Assembly: GCA_963712745.1 (NCBI GenBank)
Contig: CAVQJC010000010.1
Span: forward strand, 64,001 to 128,000
Reading direction: 5' to 3'
Length of the DNA stretch: 64,000 nucleotides
From: an uncultured Chloroflexia bacterium
Lineage (GTDB): Bacteria > Chloroflexota > Limnocylindria > Limnocylindrales > CSP1-4
Part shown: one piece after another, positions 1 through 10,469 of the stretch
Numbering within the stretch: the first letter of the stretch is position 1
Layout: each line of letters starts with the position of its first letter
The notes under the pieces: model-generated
Told to the model about the DNA's origin: nothing
What the model saw: the letters and a program-made list of their open reading frames with translations, nothing else
Database searches by the model: none
Position numbers and translations under genes: made by a program

Positions 1-1
1 C

Positions 2-877
2 ATCGTCGCCCGCGAGCTGGGCGTGAACATCCACACCACCAGCGGTCCGGCTATCGAGCGGCCGGGGGACCTGGCCGCCATCCTCACCAACATCGACGAG
101 CGCGACGTGCTCTTCATCGATGAGATCCACCGCCTCAACCACGCGGTCGAGGAGATCCTCTATCCGGCCATGGAGGACTTCGCCATCGATGTCATGATCG
201 GCCGGGGACCCAGCGCTCGCAGCCTGCGGCTCTCGCTCAAGCCGTTCACCGTCGTCGGCGCCACCACGCGGGCCGGCCGCATCGGGGCCCCTCTGCGCGA
301 CCGCTTCGGGGCGATCTACCGCCTGGACTACTACGCGGACGCGGAGCTGGCGGAGATCTTGCGCCGCTCGGCGGGCATCCTCGATGTCGAGATCGACGAG
401 GCGGCAGTGCAGATGCTGGCCTCGCGCGGGCGGGGCACGCCTCGCGTCATCAATCGCCTGCTGCGACGGACGCGCGATTTCGCCGAGGTCAAAGGCGACG
501 GTCGCATCACGCGAGACCAGGCCACGGCGGCCATGGAGGCACTGGACATCGACGATGCCGGCCTGGATACCACCGACCGCCGCCTGCTCGCGGCCATCGT
601 CCAGAAGTTCGGATCCGGCCCGGTCGGCGGCGCGGCCATCGCCGCGGTCATCGGCGAGTCGGTGGAGACCGTCGAGGATGTCTACGAACCGTTCCTGCTG
701 CAGCTCGGCTTCCTCGACCGCACGCCGCAGGGCAGGATGGCCACGGAGCTGGCCCGCGAGCACCTGCGACGTCTGGGCTACGAGGTGCCGCCACCTCGCC
801 GGGCGGAACGCGATGACCCGGGACTGTGGGACGGCGTCACCAGCGAGGGCCGCAACGAGGCCGAGGGGGGCCCGTGA
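2..877 (+). CDS. ruvB: Holliday junction branch migration helicase RuvB (5' part lies outside the window)
   Basis: [12 protein letters not shown], Walker [17 protein letters not shown]...LRDRFG, RGTPR and YEPFLLQ...RTPQGR motifs; frame open from position 2. Confidence 0.97.
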   Translation: MVARELGVNIHTTSGPAIERPGDLAAILTNIDERDVLFIDEIHRLNHAVEEILYPAMEDFAIDVMIGRGPSARSLRLSLKPFTVVGATTRAGRIGAPLRDRFGAIYRLDYYADAELAEILRRSAGILDVEIDEAAVQMLASRGRGTPRVINRLLRRTRDFAEVKGDGRITRDQATAAMEALDIDDAGLDTTDRRLLAAIVQKFGSGPVGGAAIAAVIGESVETVEDVYEPFLLQLGFLDRTPQGRMATELAREHLRRLGYEVPPPRRAERDDPGLWDGVTSEGRNEAEGGP

Positions 878-1887
878 CAGGACCGCTGGCCGTACCGCCG
901 GCGGCGATCCCGCCGGCCGGCGACTTCGCCCTCAGGACCAGGGGCCTGCACAAGCGCTACGGAGCGCGGCCGGCCCTGCAGGGGCTTGACCTGGCCGTGC
1001 CCCGCGGGGTGGTCTACGGCTTCCTCGGCCCCAACGGTGCGGGCAAGACCACGCTAATGCGCCTGCTGGTGGGGCTCATCCGCCCGGACGCCGGAGACAT
1101 CGAGATCCTGGGCCGGCCGTACACCTGGCGTCAGCCCCAGCGCCTCCATGATGTCGGCGCGCTGGTCGAGTCGCCGACCTTCTACAGCTACCTCTCCGGC
1201 CGCGACAACCTGCGCGTGTTGGCGGCCTCGGGCGCCCGCGTGCCGACGGCTCGTGTCGATGAGGTGCTGGCGCTGGTGGGCCTCGCCGAACGCGGCCGTG
1301 ACAAGGCCGGCCGCTACTCGCTGGGCATGAAGCAGAGGCTGGGCATCGCCGCGGCCCTGCTCTCGGACCCGCAGCTGTTGCTGCTGGACGAGCCGGCCAA
1401 CGGTCTCGACCCCGGTGGCATCGTGGCCATGCGCGAGACGCTGCGCCATCTGACTCGACAGGGCAAGACGGTCTTCATCTCGAGCCACATCCTGCCGGAG
1501 GTCCAGCAGCTGGCGGACATGGTGGGAATCGTCAATGAAGGACGGCTCATCCGCGAAGGCAGCCTCAGCGAACTCCTCAGCGAAGGAGGACACGTCCAGG
1601 CCCGAGTATCGGAAGCGGATCTGGACGCGGCTCGGGCGGCCCTGAGCGGCTTCGGCGCACCGAGCAGTGCGCGCCCGGCGGATATCCCCGGTGCCGCCTG
1701 GATCGACGTACGCATCCAGCCCTCGCGCGCCGCGGAGGTCAACCGGGCCCTGGCGGAGGCCGGCGTCTACGCCAGCGAGATCAGCTCGGGCAGCGACCTC
1801 GAGTCCATCTTCCTGTCGCTCACGGCCACGCCAGCGGCCACCGACACGCCCGGGACGCCCGCGGTCGGCTGGGGGGAGCGCGGCTAG
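874..1887 (+). CDS. ABC transporter ATP-binding protein (BcrA/CcmA-like exporter family)
   Basis: GPNGAGKTT, signature [18 protein letters not shown]; GTG start overlaps the ruvB stop (GTGA). Confidence 0.93.
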   Translation: MTGPLAVPPAAIPPAGDFALRTRGLHKRYGARPALQGLDLAVPRGVVYGFLGPNGAGKTTLMRLLVGLIRPDAGDIEILGRPYTWRQPQRLHDVGALVESPTFYSYLSGRDNLRVLAASGARVPTARVDEVLALVGLAERGRDKAGRYSLGMKQRLGIAAALLSDPQLLLLDEPANGLDPGGIVAMRETLRHLTRQGKTVFISSHILPEVQQLADMVGIVNEGRLIREGSLSELLSEGGHVQARVSEADLDAARAALSGFGAPSSARPADIPGAAWIDVRIQPSRAAEVNRALAEAGVYASEISSGSDLESIFLSLTATPAATDTPGTPAVGWGERG

Positions 1888-2703
1888 ATGGCCCTGCTGT
1901 ACATGGCGCTGGTCAAGCTGGTCCGCCGGCCGGCCACGTGGGTCGTGTTCGCCATCCTCGCGGGCCTCATCGTGATGGTCTTCCTCGGCCTCGCCGCTTC
2001 GGCCGGCCAGATGGAGTCCCTCGGCGACGAGTTCCAGGTGCGGCTGCTGCTCGGCTTCCCCAACGCCTACCTCATGGTGGTGGGGGTCATCGTCGGTTTC
2101 GGGGGCCTGCTGGCGGTCGCCTTCGGGGCCGCCATCATCGGGGCCGACTGGGCCTGGGGCACCATCCGCGCCATCGTCGGGCGTGGCGAGGGCCGGGTGC
2201 GTTACACCCTCGTCACGTTCCTGGCCATCGCCATCGTGCTCGGCGTGGGCGTGCTCGTGACCTTCGCCATCGGGGCGCTCGCAGCCGTGGCCGGGGCGGA
2301 GATCGCGGGCATCGGTAGCGAGGGCGCGACCGACCCCGACACGCTGGCCACGCTGCCGGACCTGCTGCTTCGTACCTGGCTGGGTGTCGTCCAACCGGCA
2401 GCCATCGGCTTCGCCATCGCCATGCTCTTCAAGAGCCAGCTCGCGGGCATCGGCGCCGGGCTGGCCTTCTACTTCGCGGAGATGTTCCTGTTCCTCGTGC
2501 CGCTCCTGCGCGACGTGCTCATCTACGGTCCCTTTAGCGTGGCCGGCGCGGTCGTGCCCACGACCGAGGAGTTCGGCACTGGCGGGTTCGGGGACCTGCC
2601 CACGCTCGACGCGGACGCGGCTGTGCTCTGGTCGGTGGGTTACCTGGTGCTGGCTCTCGCCATCGCCTCCATCGCGGCCTGGCGGGCGCAGATCACGCAG
2701 TGA
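1888..2703 (+). CDS. ABC-2 type transporter permease
   Basis: About 6 hydrophobic helices, 'DWAWGTIR' motif, directly abuts the ATPase gene. Confidence 0.88.
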   Translation: MALLYMALVKLVRRPATWVVFAILAGLIVMVFLGLAASAGQMESLGDEFQVRLLLGFPNAYLMVVGVIVGFGGLLAVAFGAAIIGADWAWGTIRAIVGRGEGRVRYTLVTFLAIAIVLGVGVLVTFAIGALAAVAGAEIAGIGSEGATDPDTLATLPDLLLRTWLGVVQPAAIGFAIAMLFKSQLAGIGAGLAFYFAEMFLFLVPLLRDVLIYGPFSVAGAVVPTTEEFGTGGFGDLPTLDADAAVLWSVGYLVLALAIASIAAWRAQITQ

Positions 2704-3890
2704 GCACCCCCACGCGCCGCTCGTCGGCGCTCAGCTTCGAGGTGCTCGCCACCGCGCAAGGGGAGGGCACCCGCGCTCGGGCCGGCCGCTTGCGGACGCC
2801 GCATGGCGAGATCGAGACGCCCGTCTTCATGCCGGTGGGCACCAACGCCACGGTCAAGGCCCTGGATCCCGACGACCTGCATGAGGTCGGCGCCAGCATC
2901 GTGCTCGCCAACACCTATCACCTCTCGATCCGTCCCGGACACGAGCGCATCCGCCAGCTCGGCGGGCTCCACCGCTTCATGGGCTGGGACCGACCCATCC
3001 TCACCGATTCGGGGGGCTTCCAGGTGGTCAGCCTGGGCCAGCTGCGCAGGATCGACGACGAGGGCGTCGAGTTTCGATCGCATCTCGACGGAGCGCTCAT
3101 CGACTACACGCCCGAGTACGCCATCGCCATCCAGGAGGCACTGGGGCCGGACATCGCGGTCTGCCTCGACCAGCCGGTGCCGCCTCACGCGTCGACCCGG
3201 TCCGAGGTGGCCGAGGCCACGGCTCGGACCCACCGCTGGGCAGAACGCTGCCTCGATGCCCACACGCGGGCGGACCAGGCACTCTTCGGCATCATCCAGG
3301 GCGGCCTGGAGCCGGACCTGCGGGCTGAATCGACAGAGGTCATCTCGGGGCTGCCGTTCGACGGCGTCTGCATCGGCGGGCTGGCCGGTGACGAGACCCC
3401 CCGGCAGCGACGCGCCGCGCTCGACGTGGTGGTGCCGTTGCTGGCCGATGACCCGCGCCCACGGTACCTGATGGGCCTGGGGTCGCCCATGGACCTGCTC
3501 GACGCGATCGATGCCGGCGTGGACATGTTCGACTCGGTGCTGCCGGCTCGCGTGGCACGTAACGGCTCGCTGTGGGTGCCCGACGGCCGACTGAACATCC
3601 GCAACGCACGCTTCCTCGACGACCCTCGACCGGTGCAGGAGGGTTGCCCATGCCGTCTCTGCCGCACGTTCTCGCGAGCCTACCTGGCCCATCTCCTGCG
3701 CGCGGACGAGATGCTCGGCTACCGCCTCGCAACTTGTCATAACCTGACCTTCACCATAGACTTCATGCGTAGGATCCGGTCCGCGATCGCGGCCGGCACC
3801 TTCCCCGAGACGATGCGGGAGTTGCGTGCCACAGGAGCTGGCACCAACGGCGCTGAAAGTGTCGCTGAAGGGAGGGTGAAGTCCGAGTGA
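2700..3890 (+). CDS. tgt: tRNA-guanine(34) transglycosylase
   Basis: TPVFMPVGT, NTYHL, TDSGGFQ, RYLMG, DMFD and the Zn-binding CPCRLC...HNL. Confidence 0.96.
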   Translation: MSTPTRRSSALSFEVLATAQGEGTRARAGRLRTPHGEIETPVFMPVGTNATVKALDPDDLHEVGASIVLANTYHLSIRPGHERIRQLGGLHRFMGWDRPILTDSGGFQVVSLGQLRRIDDEGVEFRSHLDGALIDYTPEYAIAIQEALGPDIAVCLDQPVPPHASTRSEVAEATARTHRWAERCLDAHTRADQALFGIIQGGLEPDLRAESTEVISGLPFDGVCIGGLAGDETPRQRRAALDVVVPLLADDPRPRYLMGLGSPMDLLDAIDAGVDMFDSVLPARVARNGSLWVPDGRLNIRNARFLDDPRPVQEGCPCRLCRTFSRAYLAHLLRADEMLGYRLATCHNLTFTIDFMRRIRSAIAAGTFPETMRELRATGAGTNGAESVAEGRVKSE

Positions 3891-3938
3891 AACCCCGCCG
3901 CCCACACTAGGCGGCACAAGTTGGAGGCGTGAGGATCG

Positions 3939-4097
3939 ATGGCAGGAAAAGTCCCCTCTCGCCGTGAAGCGAAGAAGCCCAAGAAGTCGAAGAAGGCGAA
4001 AGCCACGCTCGAGCCGCTCTCCCAGCCGCCGATGCCGTCCGTCGAGGTGATCAAGCCGAAGCGGAAGCCCAAGGAAGAGGAGGAGCGGCCCGAGTAG
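3939..4097 (+). CDS. Small Lys-rich hypothetical protein (52 aa), below the ORF-track cutoff
   Basis: MAGKVPSRREAKKPKKSKKAKATLEPLSQPPMPSVEVIKPKRKPKEEEERPE; GGAGG/GAGG upstream; fills the tgt-recA gap. Confidence 0.7.
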   Translation: MAGKVPSRREAKKPKKSKKAKATLEPLSQPPMPSVEVIKPKRKPKEEEERPE

Positions 4098-4147
4098 GGA
4101 CCGCCGCCAGACCGGCTCTCGGGTGACAGCCATGGAGGACACCAGGC

Positions 4148-5239
4148 ATGACCGTCACCAGCGCCGGTCGGTCGACCGGGAACAGCAAGATCGGTAAGAA
4201 CGGGGCCGGAGACGGCCAGCAGAAGGAACGTCAACAGGCGGTCGATGCCGCCATCATGTCCATCGAGAAGCAGTTCGGGCAAGGCTCGATCATGCGCCTC
4301 GGATCGGACGCACGGCAGCAGATCGACTCCATCCCCACGGGTTCCATCGCCCTCGACCTGGCGCTGGGCGTGGGAGGCGTCCCGCGCGGCCGCGTCACCG
4401 AGATCTTCGGCCCCGAGTCATCGGGCAAGACCACGGTCTGCCAGCACGTCCTGGCGGAGGCCCAGAAGCTCGGGGGCGTCGTCGCCTTCATCGACGTCGA
4501 GCACGCCCTGGACCCGATCTACGCCCGGGCCTGTGGCGTAGACGTGGACAACCTGCTCGTCAGCCAGCCTGACACCGGCGAGCAGGCGCTCGAGATCACC
4601 GAGACCCTCATCCGCTCCGGTGGCGTCGACTGCGTCGTGGTCGACTCTGTGGCCGCGCTCGTGCCGCGGGCGGAGATCGAAGGTGAGATGGGCGACTCCT
4701 TCGTGGGTATCCAGGCGCGCCTCATGAGCCAGGCCCTGCGCAAGCTCACCGGCATCGTCAGTCGCTCCAACACGGCGCTCGTCTTCACCAACCAGCTGCG
4801 CGAGAAGATCGGCGTCATGTTCGGCAGCCCTGAGACGACGCCCGGTGGCCGCGCGCTCAAGTTCTACTCCAGCGTCCGTCTCGACATCCGCCGCATCGAG
4901 ACCATCAAGCAGGGCCAGGATGCGATCGGCATCCGCGCCCGCGTCAAGGTCGTCAAGAACAAGGTCGCCGCCCCCTTCCGCGTGGCCGAGTTCGACGTCA
5001 TGTACGGCACGGGCATCTCGCGCGAGGGCGGGCTGCTCGACGTCGGCGTAGCCTCGGACGTGGTCACCAAGTCGGGTGCCTGGTTCAACTACGGTGAGAC
5101 GCGCCTGGGCCAGGGCCGCGAGCAGTCAAAGGAGTTCCTGCGCGCGAACCAGGACATCGCCCAGCAGCTCGAGAACCAGATCCGCGCCAAGGTCGCGGAC
5201 ATCGACATCCCCGTGGAGGGCATCAAAGAGGCCGAGTAG
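4148..5239 (+). CDS. recA: Recombinase RecA
   Basis: [44 protein letters not shown]; GGAGG RBS. Confidence 0.99.
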   Translation: MTVTSAGRSTGNSKIGKNGAGDGQQKERQQAVDAAIMSIEKQFGQGSIMRLGSDARQQIDSIPTGSIALDLALGVGGVPRGRVTEIFGPESSGKTTVCQHVLAEAQKLGGVVAFIDVEHALDPIYARACGVDVDNLLVSQPDTGEQALEITETLIRSGGVDCVVVDSVAALVPRAEIEGEMGDSFVGIQARLMSQALRKLTGIVSRSNTALVFTNQLREKIGVMFGSPETTPGGRALKFYSSVRLDIRRIETIKQGQDAIGIRARVKVVKNKVAAPFRVAEFDVMYGTGISREGGLLDVGVASDVVTKSGAWFNYGETRLGQGREQSKEFLRANQDIAQQLENQIRAKVADIDIPVEGIKEAE

Positions 5240-5827
5240 GTGGCCCATCGAGCGCGTTCGGCGGGGGAGCGGCGGGAAGCTGCCGAGGCCCGACGTGCTC
5301 GCCGTGCCGCGGTCACCGATCCCGATGTGGTCATGGAGGCCGCGGCTGCCTTCCTCGCGGTCCGCTCCCGCTCGGTCGAGGAGACGCGCCGACGCCTCAA
5401 CCACCTCGGCTATCCCGCCCCGCTCTGCGACCAGGTCGTCGTGCGTCTCGTGGAGCTGGAGTATCTCGATGACGAGGCGTTCGCGCGCGCCTGGGTGGAA
5501 AGCCGCGACAGGGCCCGGCCGCGCGGTGCCCTGGCGCTTCGCCGTGAGCTACAGCGCAAGGGCATAGCTGACGACACCATCGCGACCATCCTTGCCCAAC
5601 GGACGGAGGGGGCCGTTGCCCGCGTGGATCCCCAGACTGGGTCCACCGGCGACCCCGATCGCGAAGCCGCTCGCAAGCTCATCGAACGCAGGGCCTCCTC
5701 GCTCCACCGTGAGGCCGATCCTCGCCGCCGACGTCAGAAGGCGTACGCCTTGCTCGCTCGCAACGGTTTCTCCCCGGACGTGTGCCAAGAGGTCGCTGCC
5801 ACGGTCGCCGAGGACAGCCGTGGGTGA
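5240..5827 (+). CDS. recX: Regulatory protein RecX
   Basis: Immediately after recA; RSVEE.RRRL, YLDDEAFARAWV, ELQRKGI, LARNGF. Confidence 0.92.
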   Translation: MAHRARSAGERREAAEARRARRAAVTDPDVVMEAAAAFLAVRSRSVEETRRRLNHLGYPAPLCDQVVVRLVELEYLDDEAFARAWVESRDRARPRGALALRRELQRKGIADDTIATILAQRTEGAVARVDPQTGSTGDPDREAARKLIERRASSLHREADPRRRRQKAYALLARNGFSPDVCQEVAATVAEDSRG

Positions 5828-5839
5828 CCATCGGGGCGT

Positions 5840-5869
5840 TTGACGCTCCACTCCGTGCACCGCTAGGCT
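5840..5869 (+). promoter_or_regulatory. Putative sigma-70 promoter for rny (TTGACG-N18-TAGGCT)
   Basis: Near-consensus -35/-10 hexamers in the recX-rny gap. Confidence 0.5.
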
Positions 5870-5988
5870 TCTTCTTCTGACCATCCTGGTCGAGCGGTTC
5901 CAAGGGAGTAATGGCCGCTCAGCCGCCGCAAGGTGGCCTACCCAGAGACTTTGACACCTCCAGCCTCCGGGCTGGACGGGAGGGAAAC

Positions 5989-7521
5989 GTGAACGAACCC
6001 GTCGTCATGGCGGTCGTCATCCTCGTGGTGGCCGTCGGCGGGCTCGCAGTCGGATTCATCGGGCGCGGCATCGTGGCCAACCAGGCCATCAAGTCGGCGA
6101 CCGATAAGTCCGAGCGCATCGTCGCCGAAGCGCGAGCCCAACAGAAGGATCTCATCCTCCAGGCGAAGGAGGAACAGGTCCGCCTCCAGCGCGAGGTGGA
6201 CGAGGAGGGACGCGCCAAGCGCCTCGACCTGCAGAACCTCGAGCGTCGCCTCTTGCAGCGCGATGAGCAGCTCGACCAGCGCACGGACATGCTCGAAGAG
6301 CGCGATCGCAAACTGCTGATCCGCGAACAGGAGCTTGGCGCGCAGCGCGCGGAACTGAGTGCGGCGAAGGCCGAGCAGGTCGCAGCGCTCGAACGCGTCA
6401 GCGGCCTCTCCGCCGATGAGGCCAAGGCCACCCTCGTCGAAGAGGTCCGCGAGGAGGCCGAGAAGGACGCGGTGCGGCTCGTTCGTGCCATCGAGCGCTC
6501 TGCTCGCGAGGGCGCCGAGGACAAGGCTCGCGATGTCGTCATCACCGCTATCCAGCGGGTGGCCGTCGACCACACCGCTGAAGCCACGGTCACCGTCGTA
6601 CCCATCCCCTCCGACGAGATGAAGGGCCGCATCATCGGTCGCGAGGGCCGCAATATCCGTGCCCTGGAGCAGGCCACCGGTATCGACCTCATCATCGACG
6701 ACACGCCTGACTCGGTCATGCTCAGCGGCTTCGACCCGGTCCGACGCGAGGTCGCTCGTATCGCCCTGACCAAGCTCGTCCAGGACGGACGCATCCATCC
6801 CGGCCGCATCGAGGACATCGTCAACAAGGCCCAGGCTGAGGTCGACGTCGTCATCCGCGAGGCCGGCGAATCGGCCGCCTACGACGCAGGCGTCCCGGGC
6901 CTGCCCACCGAGATCCTGACCTTGCTCGGCCGGCTGCGTTACCGCACCTCCTTCGGTCAGAGCGTGCTCAACCACGTCAAGGAGACCTCCCACCTGGCCG
7001 GCATCATCGCGGCCGAGCTCGGTGCCGACGTCCAGGCCGCCAAGCTGGGCGGCTTGCTCCATGACATGGGCAAGGCCATCGACCACGAGGTCGAGGGTCC
7101 TCACGCCGCCATCGGAGCCGAGATCGCCACGCGCCACAATCTCTCGCCCAAGGCCGTGAACGCCATCGCGGCGCACCACATGGAGGTCGACTACACCTGC
7201 CAGGAGGCGCCCATCGTGCAGATCGCCGATGCCATCAGTGCCTCGCGCCCGGGCGCTCGTGGCGAGACCATGGATACCTACGTCAAGCGGCTGACCGAGC
7301 TGCAGGAGATCGCCGATGGCTTCCCCGGTGTGGAGAAGTCGTTCGCGGTGCAGGCCGGCCGCGAAGTCCGCATCCTCGTGCGGCCCGACGAGATCGATGA
7401 TCTCGCGTCAGGCCGGCTGGCGCGGGACATCGTGCGCCAGATCGAGGAGACGCTCACCTACCCTGGCCAGATCAAGGTGACGGTCATCCGCGAGACCCGC
7501 GCGGTCGAGTACGCCAAGTGA
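5989..7521 (+). CDS. rny: Ribonuclease Y
   Basis: N-terminal TM, coiled coil, KH ([13 protein letters not shown]), HD domain (LLHDMGK), [12 protein letters not shown]; GTG start after GGGAGGG. Confidence 0.97.
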   Translation: MNEPVVMAVVILVVAVGGLAVGFIGRGIVANQAIKSATDKSERIVAEARAQQKDLILQAKEEQVRLQREVDEEGRAKRLDLQNLERRLLQRDEQLDQRTDMLEERDRKLLIREQELGAQRAELSAAKAEQVAALERVSGLSADEAKATLVEEVREEAEKDAVRLVRAIERSAREGAEDKARDVVITAIQRVAVDHTAEATVTVVPIPSDEMKGRIIGREGRNIRALEQATGIDLIIDDTPDSVMLSGFDPVRREVARIALTKLVQDGRIHPGRIEDIVNKAQAEVDVVIREAGESAAYDAGVPGLPTEILTLLGRLRYRTSFGQSVLNHVKETSHLAGIIAAELGADVQAAKLGGLLHDMGKAIDHEVEGPHAAIGAEIATRHNLSPKAVNAIAAHHMEVDYTCQEAPIVQIADAISASRPGARGETMDTYVKRLTELQEIADGFPGVEKSFAVQAGREVRILVRPDEIDDLASGRLARDIVRQIEETLTYPGQIKVTVIRETRAVEYAK

Positions 7522-7567
7522 CGTCGCCGCGCTCGGGCGGCGACAGGGCAGGGGCTGGCGACTGCAG

Positions 7568-8437
7568 ATGAGTCGCCGCGAGAAGACCCGCACGCTCGCG
7601 GCGGACCAGCTGCCGGCGCTGCCGCTGCTGCCGGATCCGGGCACGTTGCGCGTGCTCATGATCGGCGATGCCATCGGCAAGCCCGGGCGACAGACGCTCG
7701 AACGCGAACTCCACGGCTTGCGTGCCGAGCGCGGGATCGATTTCGTCACGGCCAACGGCGAGAATCTCGCCGGCGGCATGGGCCTGACCATGTCCACCGC
7801 CGGTGCGCTCTTCGACGCTGGCGTCGACGTCATCACCAGCGGCAACCACATCTGGGACAAGCGCGAGCTCATGCCCGCGCTCGATGGTGAGCCTCGCATC
7901 CTGCGACCGCTCAACTACGGCACGGAGGGCGTGCCGGGTCACGGGTGGGGTACGTTCCATGCCGCGGACGGCACGGAGGTCGCGGTCGTCAACGCGCAGG
8001 GCCGCAGCACGATGATCCCCATCGACAACCCCTTCACCGAGATGGACAAGCTGCTCGAGGGTGGCGCCGACACCCTGCCTCCGGTCTGCCTTGTCGACTT
8101 CCACTGTGAACTGACCAGCGAGAAGAACGCCTTCGGGCTCCACCTCGACGGGCGGGTCAGCGCGGTCGTGGGCACCCACACGCATGTGCCGACCGCCGAC
8201 CAGCGCATCCTCTCCCGGGGCACCGCCTACGTCAGCGACCTGGGTATGACCGGACCGCTCGACAGCGTCATCGGCTTCGAGCCCGAGACGGTGCTGCCGC
8301 GCTTCCTGAACGGCCTGCCCACCCGCTTCGCGGTAGGCACGGGCCCGGTCGTCTTCAACGCGGTCCTCATCGACATCGAGCCGTCCTCCGGCAGGGCCCA
8401 CAGCATCGAGCGCATCAGCCGCATCATCGAAGTGTGA
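7568..8437 (+). CDS. ymdB: YmdB-family (TIGR00282) metallophosphoesterase
   Basis: GDAIGKPG, NGEN, SGNHIWD, DFHCE..SEK, GTHTHV, DLGMTG; follows rny. Confidence 0.93.
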   Translation: MSRREKTRTLAADQLPALPLLPDPGTLRVLMIGDAIGKPGRQTLERELHGLRAERGIDFVTANGENLAGGMGLTMSTAGALFDAGVDVITSGNHIWDKRELMPALDGEPRILRPLNYGTEGVPGHGWGTFHAADGTEVAVVNAQGRSTMIPIDNPFTEMDKLLEGGADTLPPVCLVDFHCELTSEKNAFGLHLDGRVSAVVGTHTHVPTADQRILSRGTAYVSDLGMTGPLDSVIGFEPETVLPRFLNGLPTRFAVGTGPVVFNAVLIDIEPSSGRAHSIERISRIIEV

Positions 8438-9330
8438 CCACGCTCCGGCGCAATACCGTCGACCTGCACACCCACACCGCCCGATCGGATGGGGTGCAGG
8501 AACCGCTCGAGCTCTACGAGCAGATGCGCCGCTGGGGTTCGACGCTGGTGGCCATCACCGACCACGACACCCTCGCGGGGGCCAGGGAGCTGCTGGCGGC
8601 CGGCTGCGGCGCGGCCGGTACCAGCGGGCCCCGCATCATCGTCGGTGTCGAGATCAACACCATGGTCGATGACGAGATCGAGGCGGTCGGCGGCAGCGAA
8701 GACCGCCTGGGCGAGCTCCACCTGCTCGGCCTCGGCGTGGACCCCGAGGATGCCGCCCTCGGATCGCTGCTGGAGCGACAGCGCCGGGCTCGTGAGCGCC
8801 GCTTGCAGCTCACGCTCGATCGCCTGCGTGAGCTGGACATGGACGTCGGGGGGCACCTGCCGCAGGCGGAGGGCGGCATCGACTCCCTCGGTCGTCCCCA
8901 TGTCGCTCGCGCGCTCGTCTCGGCCGGCCATGCCGAGTCCGTCCAGGACGCCTTCGCCCGCTACCTCGTGCCGGGCATGCCTGGCTACGTCAGACGCCAA
9001 GGCATCGGTCCGCGCGCTGCCATCAAGGCCATCACCGCAGCCGGGGGCATCGCCTCGCTGGCCCACTCCCCGTGGGCGCCCGACGAGCCCGAGATCATCG
9101 ATGAGCTGGTGGACTGGGGCCTGGCTGCGCTGGAGGTCCACTACCACTACTGGGACGAGGAGGTCGTCGAGCGCATGGGTGCCTTCGCCGATGCCCGCGG
9201 TCTGCTCCGCACCGGAGGCTCCGACTACCACGGCGACGACGTCAGCTACCAGGAGGCCCAGGCGTACGTCTACGTCCCCGAGTCCGTCGGGGAGCGACTG
9301 CTCGCGGCGCTACCATTCGAGGGCCCATGA
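8434..9330 (+). CDS. PHP-domain phosphoesterase (TrpH/YciV-like)
   Basis: DLHTHT..SDG, ITDHD, GVEI, GRPHVARAL, LAH, GGSDYHG. Confidence 0.9.
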   Translation: MTTLRRNTVDLHTHTARSDGVQEPLELYEQMRRWGSTLVAITDHDTLAGARELLAAGCGAAGTSGPRIIVGVEINTMVDDEIEAVGGSEDRLGELHLLGLGVDPEDAALGSLLERQRRARERRLQLTLDRLRELDMDVGGHLPQAEGGIDSLGRPHVARALVSAGHAESVQDAFARYLVPGMPGYVRRQGIGPRAAIKAITAAGGIASLAHSPWAPDEPEIIDELVDWGLAALEVHYHYWDEEVVERMGAFADARGLLRTGGSDYHGDDVSYQEAQAYVYVPESVGERLLAALPFEGP

Positions 9331-10469
9331 GACTCTCCATCTTCGGCGCGCGAGGCGTGCCCGCCCGCTGGGGCGGCTGGGACACCATCGTCACCGAGCT
9401 CGGCCCGCGCCTCGTGGAGGCCGGACACGAGGTGACGCTCTATGCCATGCCCCGCTACACCGGCGACGAGGTCGGGCCGGACTACGAAGGCATGCGCGTG
9501 GTGCGGCTGCCCACCATCTACGGCAAATCCACCGAGACGCTCCTGCACGAGCTGTTCAGCAGCCTCTACGCGCTCACCCGGCCCGGGCAGGACGTCTACT
9601 ACGTGCTCGGCTGCCGCACGGTGTGGGCCTACCTGCCGCACCGCCTGCTTGGCCGTCGTATCGTCTTCAACACCGACGGGCTCGACTGGAAGCGTCGCAA
9701 GTGGGGTCGTTTCGCCCGCGCCTATCTCCGGGCCAACTACTGGCTCGCCCGCCGGATGGCCTCCTGCCTGGTCTCGGACAACAAGGAGCTACAGCGGCTC
9801 TACCGCGAAGAATACGGGGCCGAAAGCGCCTTCCTGACCAATGGCGGACACGTCCACCAGGTCGCCGATGAGACCCGCCACCGCCAGATCCTCGCTGAGC
9901 ATGGTGTGGAGCCCGGTGGCTACTACCTGCAGGTCTGCCGCATCGAGCCCGAGAACAACACGGACGTCGTGGTGCGCGAATTCATCGGCTCTGATGCTGC
10001 GGGCCCACTCCTGGTGGTAGGCGGCGCGAACTACGAGAGCGAGTACTTCGAAGCCCTCAAGGCCGCCGATGACGCCCGGGTCCGCTTCCTTGGGCCCGTG
10101 TACGAACCCGAGCACATCGAAGCGCTGTTCCTGGGCGCCAGGGCCTACATCCACGGCCACGAGGTCGGGGGCACCAATCCCTCGCTGGTGACCGCCATGG
10201 GCTGTGGCCGCATCGTGCTCGCCCACGCGGTGCCCTTCAATCGCGAGGTCCTGGGCGGAAACGGCCTGCTCTGGACGAAGACACCGGGCTCGCTGCGAGC
10301 GTGCATCAACGAGGTCGAGCTCGACGCACCGGCGCTGCAGGCCCAGGCTGCGGTAGCCTGCCGCGAGCGTGTCCGCGACTACTACGCCTGGGATAAGTGT
10401 GCCCGCGACCATGACCGCTTCTTCCGCTGGTTGGCCGGCGAGGTGGAGGACTATGCCGATTCGTTCTGA
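9327..10469 (+). CDS. GT4 glycosyltransferase (DUF1972-type)
   Basis: GARGVPARWGG, NTDGLDWKRRKWG, RIEPENN, HGHEVGGTNPSLVTAM. Confidence 0.88.
   Translation: MRLSIFGARGVPARWGGWDTIVTELGPRLVEAGHEVTLYAMPRYTGDEVGPDYEGMRVVRLPTIYGKSTETLLHELFSSLYALTRPGQDVYYVLGCRTVWAYLPHRLLGRRIVFNTDGLDWKRRKWGRFARAYLRANYWLARRMASCLVSDNKELQRLYREEYGAESAFLTNGGHVHQVADETRHRQILAEHGVEPGGYYLQVCRIEPENNTDVVVREFIGSDAAGPLLVVGGANYESEYFEALKAADDARVRFLGPVYEPEHIEALFLGARAYIHGHEVGGTNPSLVTAMGCGRIVLAHAVPFNREVLGGNGLLWTKTPGSLRACINEVELDAPALQAQAAVACRERVRDYYAWDKCARDHDRFFRWLAGEVEDYADSF

Noticed and set aside
874-2703. ABC pair as a queuine importer
   Set aside because: Exporter-type ATPase and permease with no substrate-binding protein; only adjacency to tgt supports it.
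3891-4147. LexA/SOS box upstream of recA
   Set aside because: No GAAC-N4-GTTC or CTGT-N8-ACAG match seen.
5870-5988. 6S RNA upstream of rny
   Set aside because: The location is suggestive, but the region is only about 115 nt and multi-hairpin rather than a ~180-nt rod with a central bubble; kept only as an unassigned leader.
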